DNA from: Gammaproteobacteria bacterium
GTDB lineage: Bacteria; Pseudomonadota; Gammaproteobacteria; Steroidobacterales; Foliamicaceae
Direction: 5' to 3'
NCBI GenBank assembly: GCA_011523505.1
Contig: WTGP01000019.1
Span: 189,151 to 253,150 of the forward strand
Length of the DNA stretch: 64,000 nucleotides
Positions 1-9,923 of this stretch are shown here, in pieces; position 1 is the first letter of the stretch; each line of letters begins with the position of its first letter. The notes under the pieces are model-generated. The model made no database searches. It had not been told where the DNA came from and saw only the letters and a list, made by a program, of their open reading frames with translations. The translations under genes and the position numbers were made by a program.

Positions 1-1977
1 CCATCGGTTGATTTCGTCGAACCTCTGGTTGGACCCGGTAACCAGATCAAACGTCAGCAGATTGATCAGAATGCTCTGGATGTGTTCTTCCCGGTTCTCC
101 GGATCGATCTCATGAAGGCGGCGCAAGGCCTGGTCGTAGGCCGAATAGTCTTCCAGTTGGCTGTACACCTGGGCAAGCAGCCTCTGGTGGCCGATTTCGT
201 CTTCGCCAAATTCCCGCGCGTATTCCCTGATGATCTCGGTGGCCGACAGCAGGTCTCCCGCTTCGGTGTAAATCCGCACCAGGAGGCTCATGTGGTGACG
301 GTTGGCTGTTCCCTCGCTCAACATGGCTTCCAGCTCAAGCGCCATGTTGCCGAGAGCGCCCAGCTCGACCGCCAGCAGCAACATTTGCTCCTCGACGAAG
401 AACCGGCGCGCGGGACTCTCCACCCCCAGCCAGATTTCCTGCCATTGACGCAACGCGTCCTGCTTCTGGTCCACGGTTCCGTACAGCCACGCCAATCGCA
501 TTTGTTCGTCGTAGCCCAGTCCGCCCCCGCTGTCGCGAACGGCCTCAAAGACGCGCACGGCCTCCAGCGGGCGGCTCAAGCGCTCGTACGCATCGGCGAG
601 GTCGCGGCGTTCGGCGGCATTCGGCGGCAGGAATTCATCCAGGCGCGCAAGCACGTCCAGCGCCTCTTTTTCCTGTCCCATTTCCAGGTGCGCTTCGAAC
701 AGAAACAAGAGTGCGCCATTGTTCGGGCCTTGGGCTTGAATATGCCGCTCGATCATGGCCATGGACTCCGCCGTGAAACCCATCCGCAGCATGAGCCGGG
801 CCGCACCCACCAGGACTTCAGCCCGCTCAGAATTCCTCTCTTCCAGGGTCCGCCAGACTCGCAGGGCCCGGCCGGGATGGGCCCGATGCAGGTAGTGCGC
901 GGCCAGGCCGTCGTACCATCGGACCTGTTCCGGCTCCGATTGCATCATGCGCTCGTACTCACGCACCATTCCGTCCGAATCGCCTGCCGCCTCGTACAAC
1001 GAAACAAGCCGACTGCGCTGGCGAATGTCAGCTTCGCTGCCCTCGAGCTGCCGGTAGAGTTCGATCGCCTGCGCATATTCCTCGGTCTCGATCAGCGTTT
1101 CCACGCGCAGCCGCAGAATTTCCTCGTCGCCGACGCCGCGTATCGCCAGGTCGTCCAGCAGCCGGTCCAGTTCTTCCGTTGTCCGATGGGATTCGCTGAG
1201 CAGCGCCAGGGCATATCGGCGGTCCAGGCGAACCTTCGCCTCGGAGTAGGCCATCCAGGCCTGTTCGCGTGCCAGTCCGTGCTCGCCGGCCTTCAGCGCC
1301 CACTCCGCCAGACGCAGGTGTTGCGGGTAGAGGCTGCCGTCCTCAGCGCGGGGCTCGTACAGTTGAGTCGCCCGCTCGGGCCGGCCGAGAAGCGCAAGAA
1401 CGACGGCGGCCTGGTTGCGGAATTGCTGGTCCCGAAGCAGGGCGAGGTTCTCCAGTGTTTCGATATCGATCCTGCTCGTGTCCATCATTGCCAGGCGCGT
1501 GCGGATCGCCCATCGCTGCCTGCTTTCTTCCATGGCTTCGGCGGCGCGGCGGTACAGGTCCTTTGCCTGTTGCGCGTCTCCCCTTGCATCAAGAAGTCGC
1601 GCCTGTAAAAGCAGCGTGTCTCCGGTCGGCGCCAGTTCCTGAGCCCTGGCCGAGGACGACAGGGCCAGCCCGATTTCACCGTCCCTCCACTGAAGGTGAG
1701 CGATCGCCAGGTAAAGGCAAGCCTGTGCGGAGTTGGTGAGATCCGGCTGCCGGGCGAACGCTTCAAGGCGCGCGACGGCGCGATCGATGCCCTCGCCTTT
1801 CAGCACGGTCTCGCGGTACACGTCCGCGACCATTGCGGTGTCGAACTGTTCCGTTGCCTGCGCCGCCGCGACCAGTTCCGCCATCGCGGAGGCGGCGTGG
1901 GCGGCCGGATTGGCGAACGGCGCGCCGCCGCAGATCAGTGCGAGGCAGAGAGCGGAGCGAAGCATGCCGCTATTCAT
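1..1977 (-). CDS. Giant exported TPR/alpha-solenoid protein, paralog of 3268-9921 (N-terminal part; continues beyond left window edge)
   Basis: Not in the ORF track (no stop inside window). Manual translation from ATG 1977 gives MNSGMLRSALCLALICGGAPFANPAAHAASAMAELV..VYRETVLKGEGIDRAVARL and, at the edge, EIDPENREEHIQSILINLLTFDLVTGSNQRFDEINRW. These match VYRETVLTGAGIDRAVARL and EIDPDNRLDHIQSIILNLLTFDLATGTNERLGEIQRW of the 2242-aa ORF. Both ends were translated; the middle was not checked codon by codon. Confidence 0.9.
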   Translation of the reverse strand, partial: MNSGMLRSALCLALICGGAPFANPAAHAASAMAELVAAAQATEQFDTAMVADVYRETVLKGEGIDRAVARLEAFARQPDLTNSAQACLYLAIAHLQWRDGEIGLALSSSARAQELAPTGDTLLLQARLLDARGDAQQAKDLYRRAAEAMEESRQRWAIRTRLAMMDTSRIDIETLENLALLRDQQFRNQAAVVLALLGRPERATQLYEPRAEDGSLYPQHLRLAEWALKAGEHGLAREQAWMAYSEAKVRLDRRYALALLSESHRTTEELDRLLDDLAIRGVGDEEILRLRVETLIETEEYAQAIELYRQLEGSEADIRQRSRLVSLYEAAGDSDGMVREYERMMQSEPEQVRWYDGLAAHYLHRAHPGRALRVWRTLEERNSERAEVLVGAARLMLRMGFTAESMAMIERHIQAQGPNNGALLFLFEAHLEMGQEKEALDVLARLDEFLPPNAAERRDLADAYERLSRPLEAVRVFEAVRDSGGGLGYDEQMRLAWLYGTVDQKQDALRQWQEIWLGVESPARRFFVEEQMLLLAVELGALGNMALELEAMLSEGTANRHHMSLLVRIYTEAGDLLSATEIIREYAREFGEDEIGHQRLLAQVYSQLEDYSAYDQALRRLHEIDPENREEHIQSILINLLTFDLVTGSNQRFDEINRW

Positions 1978-2087
1978 GCTGCACCCGAGACCTGCCAGCC
2001 CTCGCTTGCTACGTGTAGGACGAGGTCCTCGTTATCCCCCGCGAACCCGGAAGCGCTCGTTTACGGCGCCCGTATCAGGTCTATCCG

Positions 2088-3218
2088 CTATGGCTGATCC
2101 GCCGCATCCATCGGTTGGTCGACGGCTTCCTCGCCGCTCGCTTCGGCGGGCTCTTCCTCGGCTGCGGCCTCTTCCTCGGCGGCGGCCTCAGCCTTGGCGG
2201 CTTCTTCCTTGAACAGTTCCTCCAGCCGCAGTTGCAGACCGTTGCCGCGCAGGTTCCGGCCGACCGTGACACCGTCGGTGCTGACCAGGAAGCTGGCCGG
2301 GATGGCGTTTACGCGATACATTTTGGCCACGGGGCTCTCGAATGCGAGTTCGTCCGACACGTTGAGCCACTCGATGTTGTAGTTGTCCTCGGAGGCCTGG
2401 CGCCAGGCCTCGCGTTCATCGTCCAGGTTGAAGGCGAGAATCTCGAAGCCCTGTTCGCGGAATCGCTCGTAGGCCGCCTTGAGGTGCGGAATCTCGGCAA
2501 TGCACGGCCCGCACCAGGAAGCCCAGAACTCCACCAGCGTGAACTTGTTCCTGGCCACGACGTCGAAGAGGCGGATTTCCTCGCCGGCCAGGCTGTTGGC
2601 CGTGAAGTCGCGTATCGCCTCGGCCAGTTCCTCGACCCGTTTGGCCGTGAACACCTTGAGCAACTGCACCGTCAGGTTTTCGCCCAGCAGGGACTCCAGT
2701 TCTTCCATGACCTTCACCTGCTCCTCATCCTCGCCGTCCTGCCAGGCGGCCCTCAGGGCAAGCAGCCGGGCAATCGGATCCTCATACTCAAGATAGATGA
2801 CGCGCAGGGACTCGGTAGCCGCTTCGCCGGGTTCGTCCAGCGCGGCGCGGATCATCTCGTTGTAGTCCCCGCCGCTGAAGGTGAGCGCGTCCGTGGCGGA
2901 ATCCCACAGGACCTCATGCTCGGCGCCGGGTTCCGCAATCCCGCTTACCCGGAACTCGTCGGCCTTCGCGCCCGCAAGCAGGTTCAGTTCGATCAGCAGG
3001 GGCTCGGACAACGGAATCCTCATCGTGGCTTCGCCGTCCTGGATGATCGCGATGCCCAGCACCTCGAAGCCCGCGTCGGTGCGTGGGTCGGTGTAACCGA
3101 TTTCGATCAGCTCGCCTTCGAACTTGTCCAGACCGCTGGCCGTCACCGTGATGTCGCTTTCCGCCGCCAGCGCCGCGCTTGCGGCCAGGCACAAACCGAA
3201 TAACAGGTGTTTATTCAT
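2088..3218 (-). CDS. Exported TlpA/ResA-family thiol-disulfide oxidoreductase with N-terminal accessory domain and acidic tail
   Basis: Signal peptide MNKHLLFGLCLAASAALAAE; thioredoxin motif VEFWASWCGPCIAEIP; YRVNAIP cis-Pro loop; RNLRG; AGGAG upstream. Confidence 0.9.
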   Translation of the reverse strand: MNKHLLFGLCLAASAALAAESDITVTASGLDKFEGELIEIGYTDPRTDAGFEVLGIAIIQDGEATMRIPLSEPLLIELNLLAGAKADEFRVSGIAEPGAEHEVLWDSATDALTFSGGDYNEMIRAALDEPGEAATESLRVIYLEYEDPIARLLALRAAWQDGEDEEQVKVMEELESLLGENLTVQLLKVFTAKRVEELAEAIRDFTANSLAGEEIRLFDVVARNKFTLVEFWASWCGPCIAEIPHLKAAYERFREQGFEILAFNLDDEREAWRQASEDNYNIEWLNVSDELAFESPVAKMYRVNAIPASFLVSTDGVTVGRNLRGNGLQLRLEELFKEEAAKAEAAAEEEAAAEEEPAEASGEEAVDQPMDAADQP

Positions 3219-3267
3219 GATCGTTCTCCTTGATGGGAGTTTACCTTGCGTTTCGTTCTACGGAGGA

Positions 3268-6200
3268 TCAGGGAATGGCCATAGCGACGGCCTGGGTCTC
3301 TTCCTCTTCGTCCGGCGTCAGGTCCTTCTCGGCCGCCTCTTCCCGCTCGATGCGTTCCTGCAACTCGCCGACGTAGGCACTGTCCTCAATCCGCTCGGCG
3401 ATCGTTTGCAGCACGCGCAACACGCCCAGGCCGCTGTCGAGGCCGTTGGCGCGCACGAGCTCCAGCAGTTGCGCCCCCTCGTCGGAGTCCTGATACAGGC
3501 CCAGCAGCGTCAACCGCTCCTTCCATGGGAGCCGCCCTTCCTCCAGTATTCCGGCCACCAGGTCGAACTGCAGAGATCCTCCGCCCGCTTCCGCAAGGGA
3601 AGCAAGCAGCACGAGTCCTTCGGCGCTCAAGGGGCGGCCACCGGCTTCGATGCTCTGCAGGATGCGGGCCATCAGGCCGGCGTCCTGACCGGTTTCTTCC
3701 GCACGCAATTGCCGCAGCCCGAGCGGAACGAGCAACCGGAGTGCGTCGTACTGTTCCACCTGTCGGCTCGCAACCAGGTCCAGCAGCATGTCGGTGGCTG
3801 CCGCGACCCAGTCCGGCATGCCCGGCCATTCGTCCTCACCCATAGGGAAAAGCCGCATTTGCCTTCTGAGAACCTCCTGCGCGGCGGTATAGCCCTGATC
3901 TTGGTATTGGTACCGCTGGGTCACTGCCGGAAGACCGTAGAGCAGGCTGAGGGCGCTCGCGGCCTGGGCACTGAACCTTAGCCGCATATCCATCTGTTCC
4001 TCCGGCGTAAGTGCAGGTGGACCCGCTTCCGTCAGCATGGCGCCGAGAATCTCCGTTGCGCGCGCCAGGTCGCCCGCGCGTGCAAAAGCGCGCGCCAGCT
4101 CGGCCGCCTTTAACGCACCCGATTCGTACAGGCGTTCCGGCAAGTCCAGAGCAGCCGGGGACCGGCGCCGCGCCTGCACGAACACTTCCTCCGGCGAGTA
4201 CACCTTTTCCAGGGAGGCAATCAGAAAGGCGTCGAACAGCATGTCGTAGGCCGGCATCTCCTTCGCAGGCCGGGCGAGAAGCAGGACCGCATCCAGAACT
4301 TCACGCGCCGCCCCCGAGGGCAGTCTTTGCGCAACTTCACCGATCAGTTCCAGGAGGTTGGCGGGGCTCGGTTGTCCCCCGTAAAAGCCGTAAAAGAAGC
4401 GCTCCTGGTCGCCATACTCGTTGTGCTCGATTCTGCGGGCCGCCACCAGCTTGTAGTAGTCCACCGACCGGTCCACCACGCCGGCCGTGGCAAGAACTCG
4501 GGCGGCAAGAAGCAGTTGGTACGGCGAGGGATCGGAAACGGCCGCCAAGCGTGCTTCGAATGCCTCAAGACCCCCAGGCCCGAACTCAACTCTCTGCTCG
4601 TCGCGCAGCATCATCCACAAGGTGAATTCGTGATCGTTGATTTCCTGGAGGTTGAGGCGATTCCACAGGTCCTCCAGCCGCCGGCCGTCAGCGGAGGCCT
4701 TGGCCAGGTATTCGTAAAGCCGGCGGAATCCCGTCCGGGTCCCGTCCGGGATCGCGCGCAGGAAGGCATCCAGTTCGCCAGCTCCGTAGGGCGCCTCCGC
4801 AACGGCGTCAAACAACATGCGTGGCTCGGGAGCCTTTTCGCCCATGGCGCCGGCGGTTGAACCCCCCGACATTGCCGCAGGCGCCATGATGTAGGCCACG
4901 CCACTGAAGTATCCGCCGCGGTTTGCAGGCGCCTTCTTCCCGGGCTCCGGCATCGCAGTATTCAACAGACCGCTGGCGAGGAACGTCAGCGGCATGGTTC
5001 CCGGAGGAGGCCCGTACGGAGAATTGCGGGGCGCCAGCAGACTGCGCCACGCCTCCCGAAGGGCCCGCTGTCCTTCCTCGTGATCGCCGGCGTTCAGCGC
5101 CTCGCCCAGACGCTCGACAGGTCCCTTCCGTCGGCTCTGCTGTTGCGGCGCGCCAAGTACGATCAGCGCGGAACCTGCCGACGCGGATCCCGAATCCTCC
5201 TCGACAGGCTGCATGGTCTGCAACTGGCGGATAATCGCGCCCACCGCGCCGGGCGCCCGCATCTGCCGGGCCATTACCTGCTGCATGACCGCGGGATCGC
5301 TCAGATCCGCGCCGCCGTCCGAAACAATTCCGAGCGCTTCCCCGAAGCGCTGCTGCGAACGGAAAAACAGGAAATGCGCCAGCCGCCAGGCGGCATCGTC
5401 CGGCGCCGCCCGGTACTCTTCGGCGATCGCTTCTCCGGCGCGGTCCGCATATCCCAGGTTCAGCCAGACGCTGATCCGGTCGGCCCGGTACCGGGAAGGA
5501 TCGGGATCCAGCGCGGCAAGCTGGTCCAGCACGAGGTCCTGGCGTTCCAGCCGGTCCATGGTTGGCGGTCGATAATAGAACCGCGACGAGTATTCGCGTT
5601 CATAGGCCGCGCGGGCCAGATCAAGCGGCACCTCCTCGCCGGCGGCAACCCGGTCGAGCAATTCCGAACCCGCAGCCTCCAGAGCGTCATTCAGCCCGGG
5701 TGCGTAAAAGCGCTGGGGGAAGCCTTGCGGCGACGGCAGGTTCTCCTCCATCTCGACGATCAACCGGAACGCTTCGTCGTTTTGGCCGGCATATATGGCC
5801 TCGAGGAACGGTCTCACGTCGGGCATGTTCGGCCAGCGATTGCGGACGTAATCGGCAACGCGGTACAGCACTTCGGCATTTTCCCTGCGGCCGTCCACGA
5901 TCATCATTGCCTGTGCGACCGTGTAGAACACGCGGTCGTCATTGGTCTCGAGGCCGGACAGGAATTCGATGACCGTGTCCGCCACCTCGCTGCGCTGCGC
6001 GGCGGTCAGTTCTTTCCTGAGCAACGGGCGAACGCGGCTCAGGGCATCGCTGCCCGGGAAAAAGATGCCGGCATTGCCATCAGACCCGGCGCCCTCCACC
6101 TCGGCCTGAAGAAAGCGGATCCGGTCCTGCGTGCTTCCCCGCTCCTCGAGGTATTTCCAGTAGCCGCTGTTGTCGTTGAAACCGAAGGGGCTGGCCGGCT

Positions 6201-9200
6201 CGGCGCCGGCACCAGGATCCAGCAGCAGCGCAATGACTTCCTCCGGCGGCGCCAGGGGCTGCCCGGCCACTTCCTCCGCCTCCAGAAGCATGTCCACGTT
6301 CGAACCCACCAGCGCCTTGAAAGCGTCGCGTTCCTCCAGGAGCTTCGACGACGTGGCGAGAGCCAGGCGCCGGAACTCGGATTCGCCGAGCAGACCCAGC
6401 GCATAGCCCAGCCCTTCCGTGAATTCTCCGTCCAGGATCCGCTCGCCCAGCAGCGTCTCCATTTCGTCGAAGGCGCCGTCCAGCCGCAGCAACTGCAACT
6501 GCGTCTCGAAGTCTTCGCGTTGCGCGGCCAGGGCCAACTGTCTTCGCAGCGGCGACTGCGCGGCCAGCGCGCTGTCGTCTTCGACGGTCACGCCGTCGGG
6601 GAGCGGCCGGCCGGCAGCTCCGTACGCCGCGGTCAGGTGCTCGGCAAAGTCGGCGTCGTCGCCGAAGTGCCCCAGCAGCTTATCGTCGGCATACTGCGCG
6701 AGGTCCCCGTCATCAAGGAAGAAACCGACCGTTCGGACCAGCCGGGCTGTGCGGTCCAACCGCGCATAGCGTGCGAGCGGCAACAACTCTTCTTCGGTGC
6801 GGTCGAGCACATTGCGCAACTCGGTGTCGAACAGGGCCTTCAGTTCCGCGGCCGCCGCCTCGGACTCTTCCGCGCCCTCAGGCCAACTCAGCAACAATCC
6901 CTGCTCCAGCGAAGCATAGTGCTCGCGATACTCGCGCGACACCGTGGTGTCGGTGCGCTGGTTCATGATCGCCTGCCAGGAGTTGGGGTCCACCGGACGG
7001 GCGCCGGCGGCCAGCACGGTGGACTGGCGGCGGAGTACGTCGCCGATGGCCTGCATGTAGCGCTGGAACGCCACGTCCTCGCGCCCGATCACCTCGTACA
7101 GGAACCCGGTCTTGTGCAACAGCTCCAGGCTGTCCCGGTTGACGTTGAGGGCGCGGTTGTAGAACACCCGCGACTGCTCGTCGTAGCCGGCCTCCTCGAA
7201 CATCTCGGCCTTGGTCCGATCGATGTCGATCATCCCGGTGATGTCGTCGATCATCTCAAAGGCCCGCTCGGCGCCCGAGACGTCTTCCCGCGCCAGCAGC
7301 GACTTGCCGACGTCGATATACACCTCCGGCGGCAGCTGCTGGCGCAGACCGACCAGGCGGCGGCCATACTTGAGCTGCCGGTCGATGTCGCCGCCGCCGG
7401 TGTTGAATCCGCCGAATCCGGTGTTGGGCGTGGCCATGGTAAGCAGTTCGCGTAACACCGCGGGACGCCGCAATCCCGCTTCGGCCAGCGAGTTCTCCAG
7501 CGCCAGGAACGAGGCCTCGGTATCGCCCTGCTCGTGGGCGATGTCCGCCAGGAGTTCGTAGAGGTAGAACCGGTTCGCGCGGGAAGCAATGCGCTCCAGG
7601 ATCACCCGCCGGGTCCAGGCCAGGGTATCCAGCGTTTCGGGATCCGGTTGCTGGAAGAAAGTCGTGGTGCCGATCAGGTTCAGTACGCCGTCCACCGCCA
7701 CAACGAAGTCGTTGTCCTCGACGGCGTTCTCGGCGAAGAACTGCAGGATCGCCACCGCCTCGTCGGTCTGTCCGTTGTTGTCCATGACGTCGGCCAGAAG
7801 CAGCAGGTTGTCGCTGTTCTCCGGCTGCTCCACCAGCGCCCGGCGGTAGGCCTCGACCGCCTGGTCGACAAAACCCGCCGTGGAGAAAATACTCGCCTCG
7901 AACTCGCCGGTTACGGCTTCTTCGTCATACGTGCGCAACTCCTCGATCCAGCGCTGTATCTCGCCAAGCCGCTCGTTCGTCCCGGTGGCGAGATCGAACG
8001 TCAACAGATTCAGGATGATGCTCTGGATGTGATCGAGCCGGTTGTCGGGGTCGATCTCGTACAGGCGGCGCAAGGCCCCGTCGTGCGCCGGATAGTCCTC
8101 CAGCAGCATGTAAACGTGCGCGAGCAGTTGCTGATGGCCGATCGCGTCCTCGCCCATCGACTCGGCATACTCGTCGATGATCTCGGTCGCCGACAGCTTG
8201 TCGCCGGACTCCACGTAGATGCGCACCAGCAGGTTCATGTGGTTGCGGTTGCCGGTGCCCAGCATCAGCATCCCTTCGAGCTCCACCGCCATGTCGCCCA
8301 AAGCGCCCAGCTCGGCCGCCAACAGCAGCAACTGGCTTTCGGCAAAACTGCGCCGCGCCGGGCTCTCCACGCCCACCCAGATGTCGCGCCACAGGTCCAG
8401 CGCCTCGCGCTTGCGGTCCACCAGGGTGTACAGCCAGGCCAGGCGCATCTGATCGTCGTAGCCCAGCTCGCCGCGAACGTCCCGAATGGCCTCGAACACC
8501 CGCAGCGCTTCCTGCGGCCGGCTCAGGCGCTCATAGGCATCGGCCAGTTCCACCAGTTCGGCGGCGTCGGGAGGCAGAAACGCCTCCAGGCGCTCGAGCG
8601 CGTCCAGGGCCGGTTCGTCATCGCCACGGTCCAGCCAGGTCTCGAACAGGAACAACAGCGCGTCCACGTCCGGACCGTGCGTCTGAAGGTGGCGCTCGAT
8701 CATCGCCACGCTCTCATCGACAAAGCCCATGGCCAGCATCAGGCGCCCGCCCTCGACCAATACGCCCGCGCGTTCGCCGTTGCGCGTCTGGAACGTCTCC
8801 CACACGGACAGCGCCGCGTCGTTGTCGGCGACGTTGAGATAGTGCGCCGCCAGGCCGTCGTACCACTGCGGCTGGGCCGGCTCGGCATCCATCATCCGGC
8901 GATACTCGCTGATCATCGCATCGGTATCGCCGGCCGCCTCATAAAGAGAAACCAGACGGCGGCGCTCGGCAATGTCGGCTTCCGATCCTTCCAGCCGGCC
9001 ATACAGATCGAGCGCCTGCGGGTAATCCTCGGTCTCGATCAGGGTCTCCACGCGCAGGCGCAGCAGGTCCTGGTCCTCGGGATCGCGCGTGGCCAGGTCG
9101 GCCAGCAGGAGCGCCAGTTCATCGGCTGAGCGGTACGACTCGGCCAGCAGGCTCAATGCGTAGAGGCGATCGACGCGGACCGGCGCGTCCGCATAGGCCA

Positions 9201-9921
9201 GCCAGGCCTGCTCGCGGGCCAGTTCATGCGACCCGGCGCTCAGCGCCCATTCCGACAGGCGCAAATGCTGCCGGTAGAGCCGGTCCGCCCCGGGCAGGGG
9301 CCGGTATAGCTCAATCGCACGGTCCGGCCGGCCCAGCAGCGACAGCACCACGGCCGCCTGGTTGCGGAAGGACTGGTCGCGCTGCCACGCCAGTTCCTCC
9401 AACGCCTCGACGTTGCGCGAACTCACATCCATCATCGCCAGGCGCACGCGGATCAGCCACTGCTCGTCGCCCTCGTCGAAGGCCTCGGCCGCCCGCTGAT
9501 ACCACTCGCGCGCCGCGTCCTCATCGCCGCCGGCATCCAGCAGGCGCGCCTTCAACAGCAGCGTCTCGGGCGTGGGCGAACTCTCCAGCGCCAGGTCCGA
9601 GGACACCACCGCATCCTCAATCGCCCCGTCGCGCCATTGCAGGTGCGCGATCGCCAGGTGGGACGCGGCCTGGCCTTCGGGGCTGAGCGTGGCGGCGCGC
9701 GAATAGGCGCGCAAGCGCGCGACGGCGCGGTCGATGCCGGCGCCGGTCAGGACCGTCTCGCGATAGACCGCGGCGACTCTCTCGGGCTCGAAGCGCTCGG
9801 AAGCCTCAAGAGAGGCGATCAGCTCGGCCAGTGCGGACTGGGCGTGGACCGGTGGCGGGAGACACAGGACTGCGAGCAACAGTGCCAGGGCAAGAAGTGA
9901 CCTGTTCGTCATCGTCGCCAT
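3268..9921 (-). CDS. Giant (~2,200 aa) exported TPR-like alpha-solenoid protein
   Basis: ORF track 3268-9996; likely start ATG 9921 or 9912, just after the upstream stop (TGAGGATGGCGACGATG). Signal peptide MTNRSLLALALLLAVLCLPPPVHA. Many TPR-like helix pairs (LADAYERLSRPQEALRVF, AGFVDQAVEAYRRAL..P). Confidence 0.85.
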   Translation of the reverse strand: MATMTNRSLLALALLLAVLCLPPPVHAQSALAELIASLEASERFEPERVAAVYRETVLTGAGIDRAVARLRAYSRAATLSPEGQAASHLAIAHLQWRDGAIEDAVVSSDLALESSPTPETLLLKARLLDAGGDEDAAREWYQRAAEAFDEGDEQWLIRVRLAMMDVSSRNVEALEELAWQRDQSFRNQAAVVLSLLGRPDRAIELYRPLPGADRLYRQHLRLSEWALSAGSHELAREQAWLAYADAPVRVDRLYALSLLAESYRSADELALLLADLATRDPEDQDLLRLRVETLIETEDYPQALDLYGRLEGSEADIAERRRLVSLYEAAGDTDAMISEYRRMMDAEPAQPQWYDGLAAHYLNVADNDAALSVWETFQTRNGERAGVLVEGGRLMLAMGFVDESVAMIERHLQTHGPDVDALLFLFETWLDRGDDEPALDALERLEAFLPPDAAELVELADAYERLSRPQEALRVFEAIRDVRGELGYDDQMRLAWLYTLVDRKREALDLWRDIWVGVESPARRSFAESQLLLLAAELGALGDMAVELEGMLMLGTGNRNHMNLLVRIYVESGDKLSATEIIDEYAESMGEDAIGHQQLLAHVYMLLEDYPAHDGALRRLYEIDPDNRLDHIQSIILNLLTFDLATGTNERLGEIQRWIEELRTYDEEAVTGEFEASIFSTAGFVDQAVEAYRRALVEQPENSDNLLLLADVMDNNGQTDEAVAILQFFAENAVEDNDFVVAVDGVLNLIGTTTFFQQPDPETLDTLAWTRRVILERIASRANRFYLYELLADIAHEQGDTEASFLALENSLAEAGLRRPAVLRELLTMATPNTGFGGFNTGGGDIDRQLKYGRRLVGLRQQLPPEVYIDVGKSLLAREDVSGAERAFEMIDDITGMIDIDRTKAEMFEEAGYDEQSRVFYNRALNVNRDSLELLHKTGFLYEVIGREDVAFQRYMQAIGDVLRRQSTVLAAGARPVDPNSWQAIMNQRTDTTVSREYREHYASLEQGLLLSWPEGAEESEAAAAELKALFDTELRNVLDRTEEELLPLARYARLDRTARLVRTVGFFLDDGDLAQYADDKLLGHFGDDADFAEHLTAAYGAAGRPLPDGVTVEDDSALAAQSPLRRQLALAAQREDFETQLQLLRLDGAFDEMETLLGERILDGEFTEGLGYALGLLGESEFRRLALATSSKLLEERDAFKALVGSNVDMLLEAEEVAGQPLAPPEEVIALLLDPGAGAEPASPFGFNDNSGYWKYLEERGSTQDRIRFLQAEVEGAGSDGNAGIFFPGSDALSRVRPLLRKELTAAQRSEVADTVIEFLSGLETNDDRVFYTVAQAMMIVDGRRENAEVLYRVADYVRNRWPNMPDVRPFLEAIYAGQNDEAFRLIVEMEENLPSPQGFPQRFYAPGLNDALEAAGSELLDRVAAGEEVPLDLARAAYEREYSSRFYYRPPTMDRLERQDLVLDQLAALDPDPSRYRADRISVWLNLGYADRAGEAIAEEYRAAPDDAAWRLAHFLFFRSQQRFGEALGIVSDGGADLSDPAVMQQVMARQMRAPGAVGAIIRQLQTMQPVEEDSGSASAGSALIVLGAPQQQSRRKGPVERLGEALNAGDHEEGQRALREAWRSLLAPRNSPYGPPPGTMPLTFLASGLLNTAMPEPGKKAPANRGGYFSGVAYIMAPAAMSGGSTAGAMGEKAPEPRMLFDAVAEAPYGAGELDAFLRAIPDGTRTGFRRLYEYLAKASADGRRLEDLWNRLNLQEINDHEFTLWMMLRDEQRVEFGPGGLEAFEARLAAVSDPSPYQLLLAARVLATAGVVDRSVDYYKLVAARRIEHNEYGDQERFFYGFYGGQPSPANLLELIGEVAQRLPSGAAREVLDAVLLLARPAKEMPAYDMLFDAFLIASLEKVYSPEEVFVQARRRSPAALDLPERLYESGALKAAELARAFARAGDLARATEILGAMLTEAGPPALTPEEQMDMRLRFSAQAASALSLLYGLPAVTQRYQYQDQGYTAAQEVLRRQMRLFPMGEDEWPGMPDWVAAATDMLLDLVASRQVEQYDALRLLVPLGLRQLRAEETGQDAGLMARILQSIEAGGRPLSAEGLVLLASLAEAGGGSLQFDLVAGILEEGRLPWKERLTLLGLYQDSDEGAQLLELVRANGLDSGLGVLRVLQTIAERIEDSAYVGELQERIEREEAAEKDLTPDEEEETQAVAMAIP

Positions 9922-9923
9922 CC

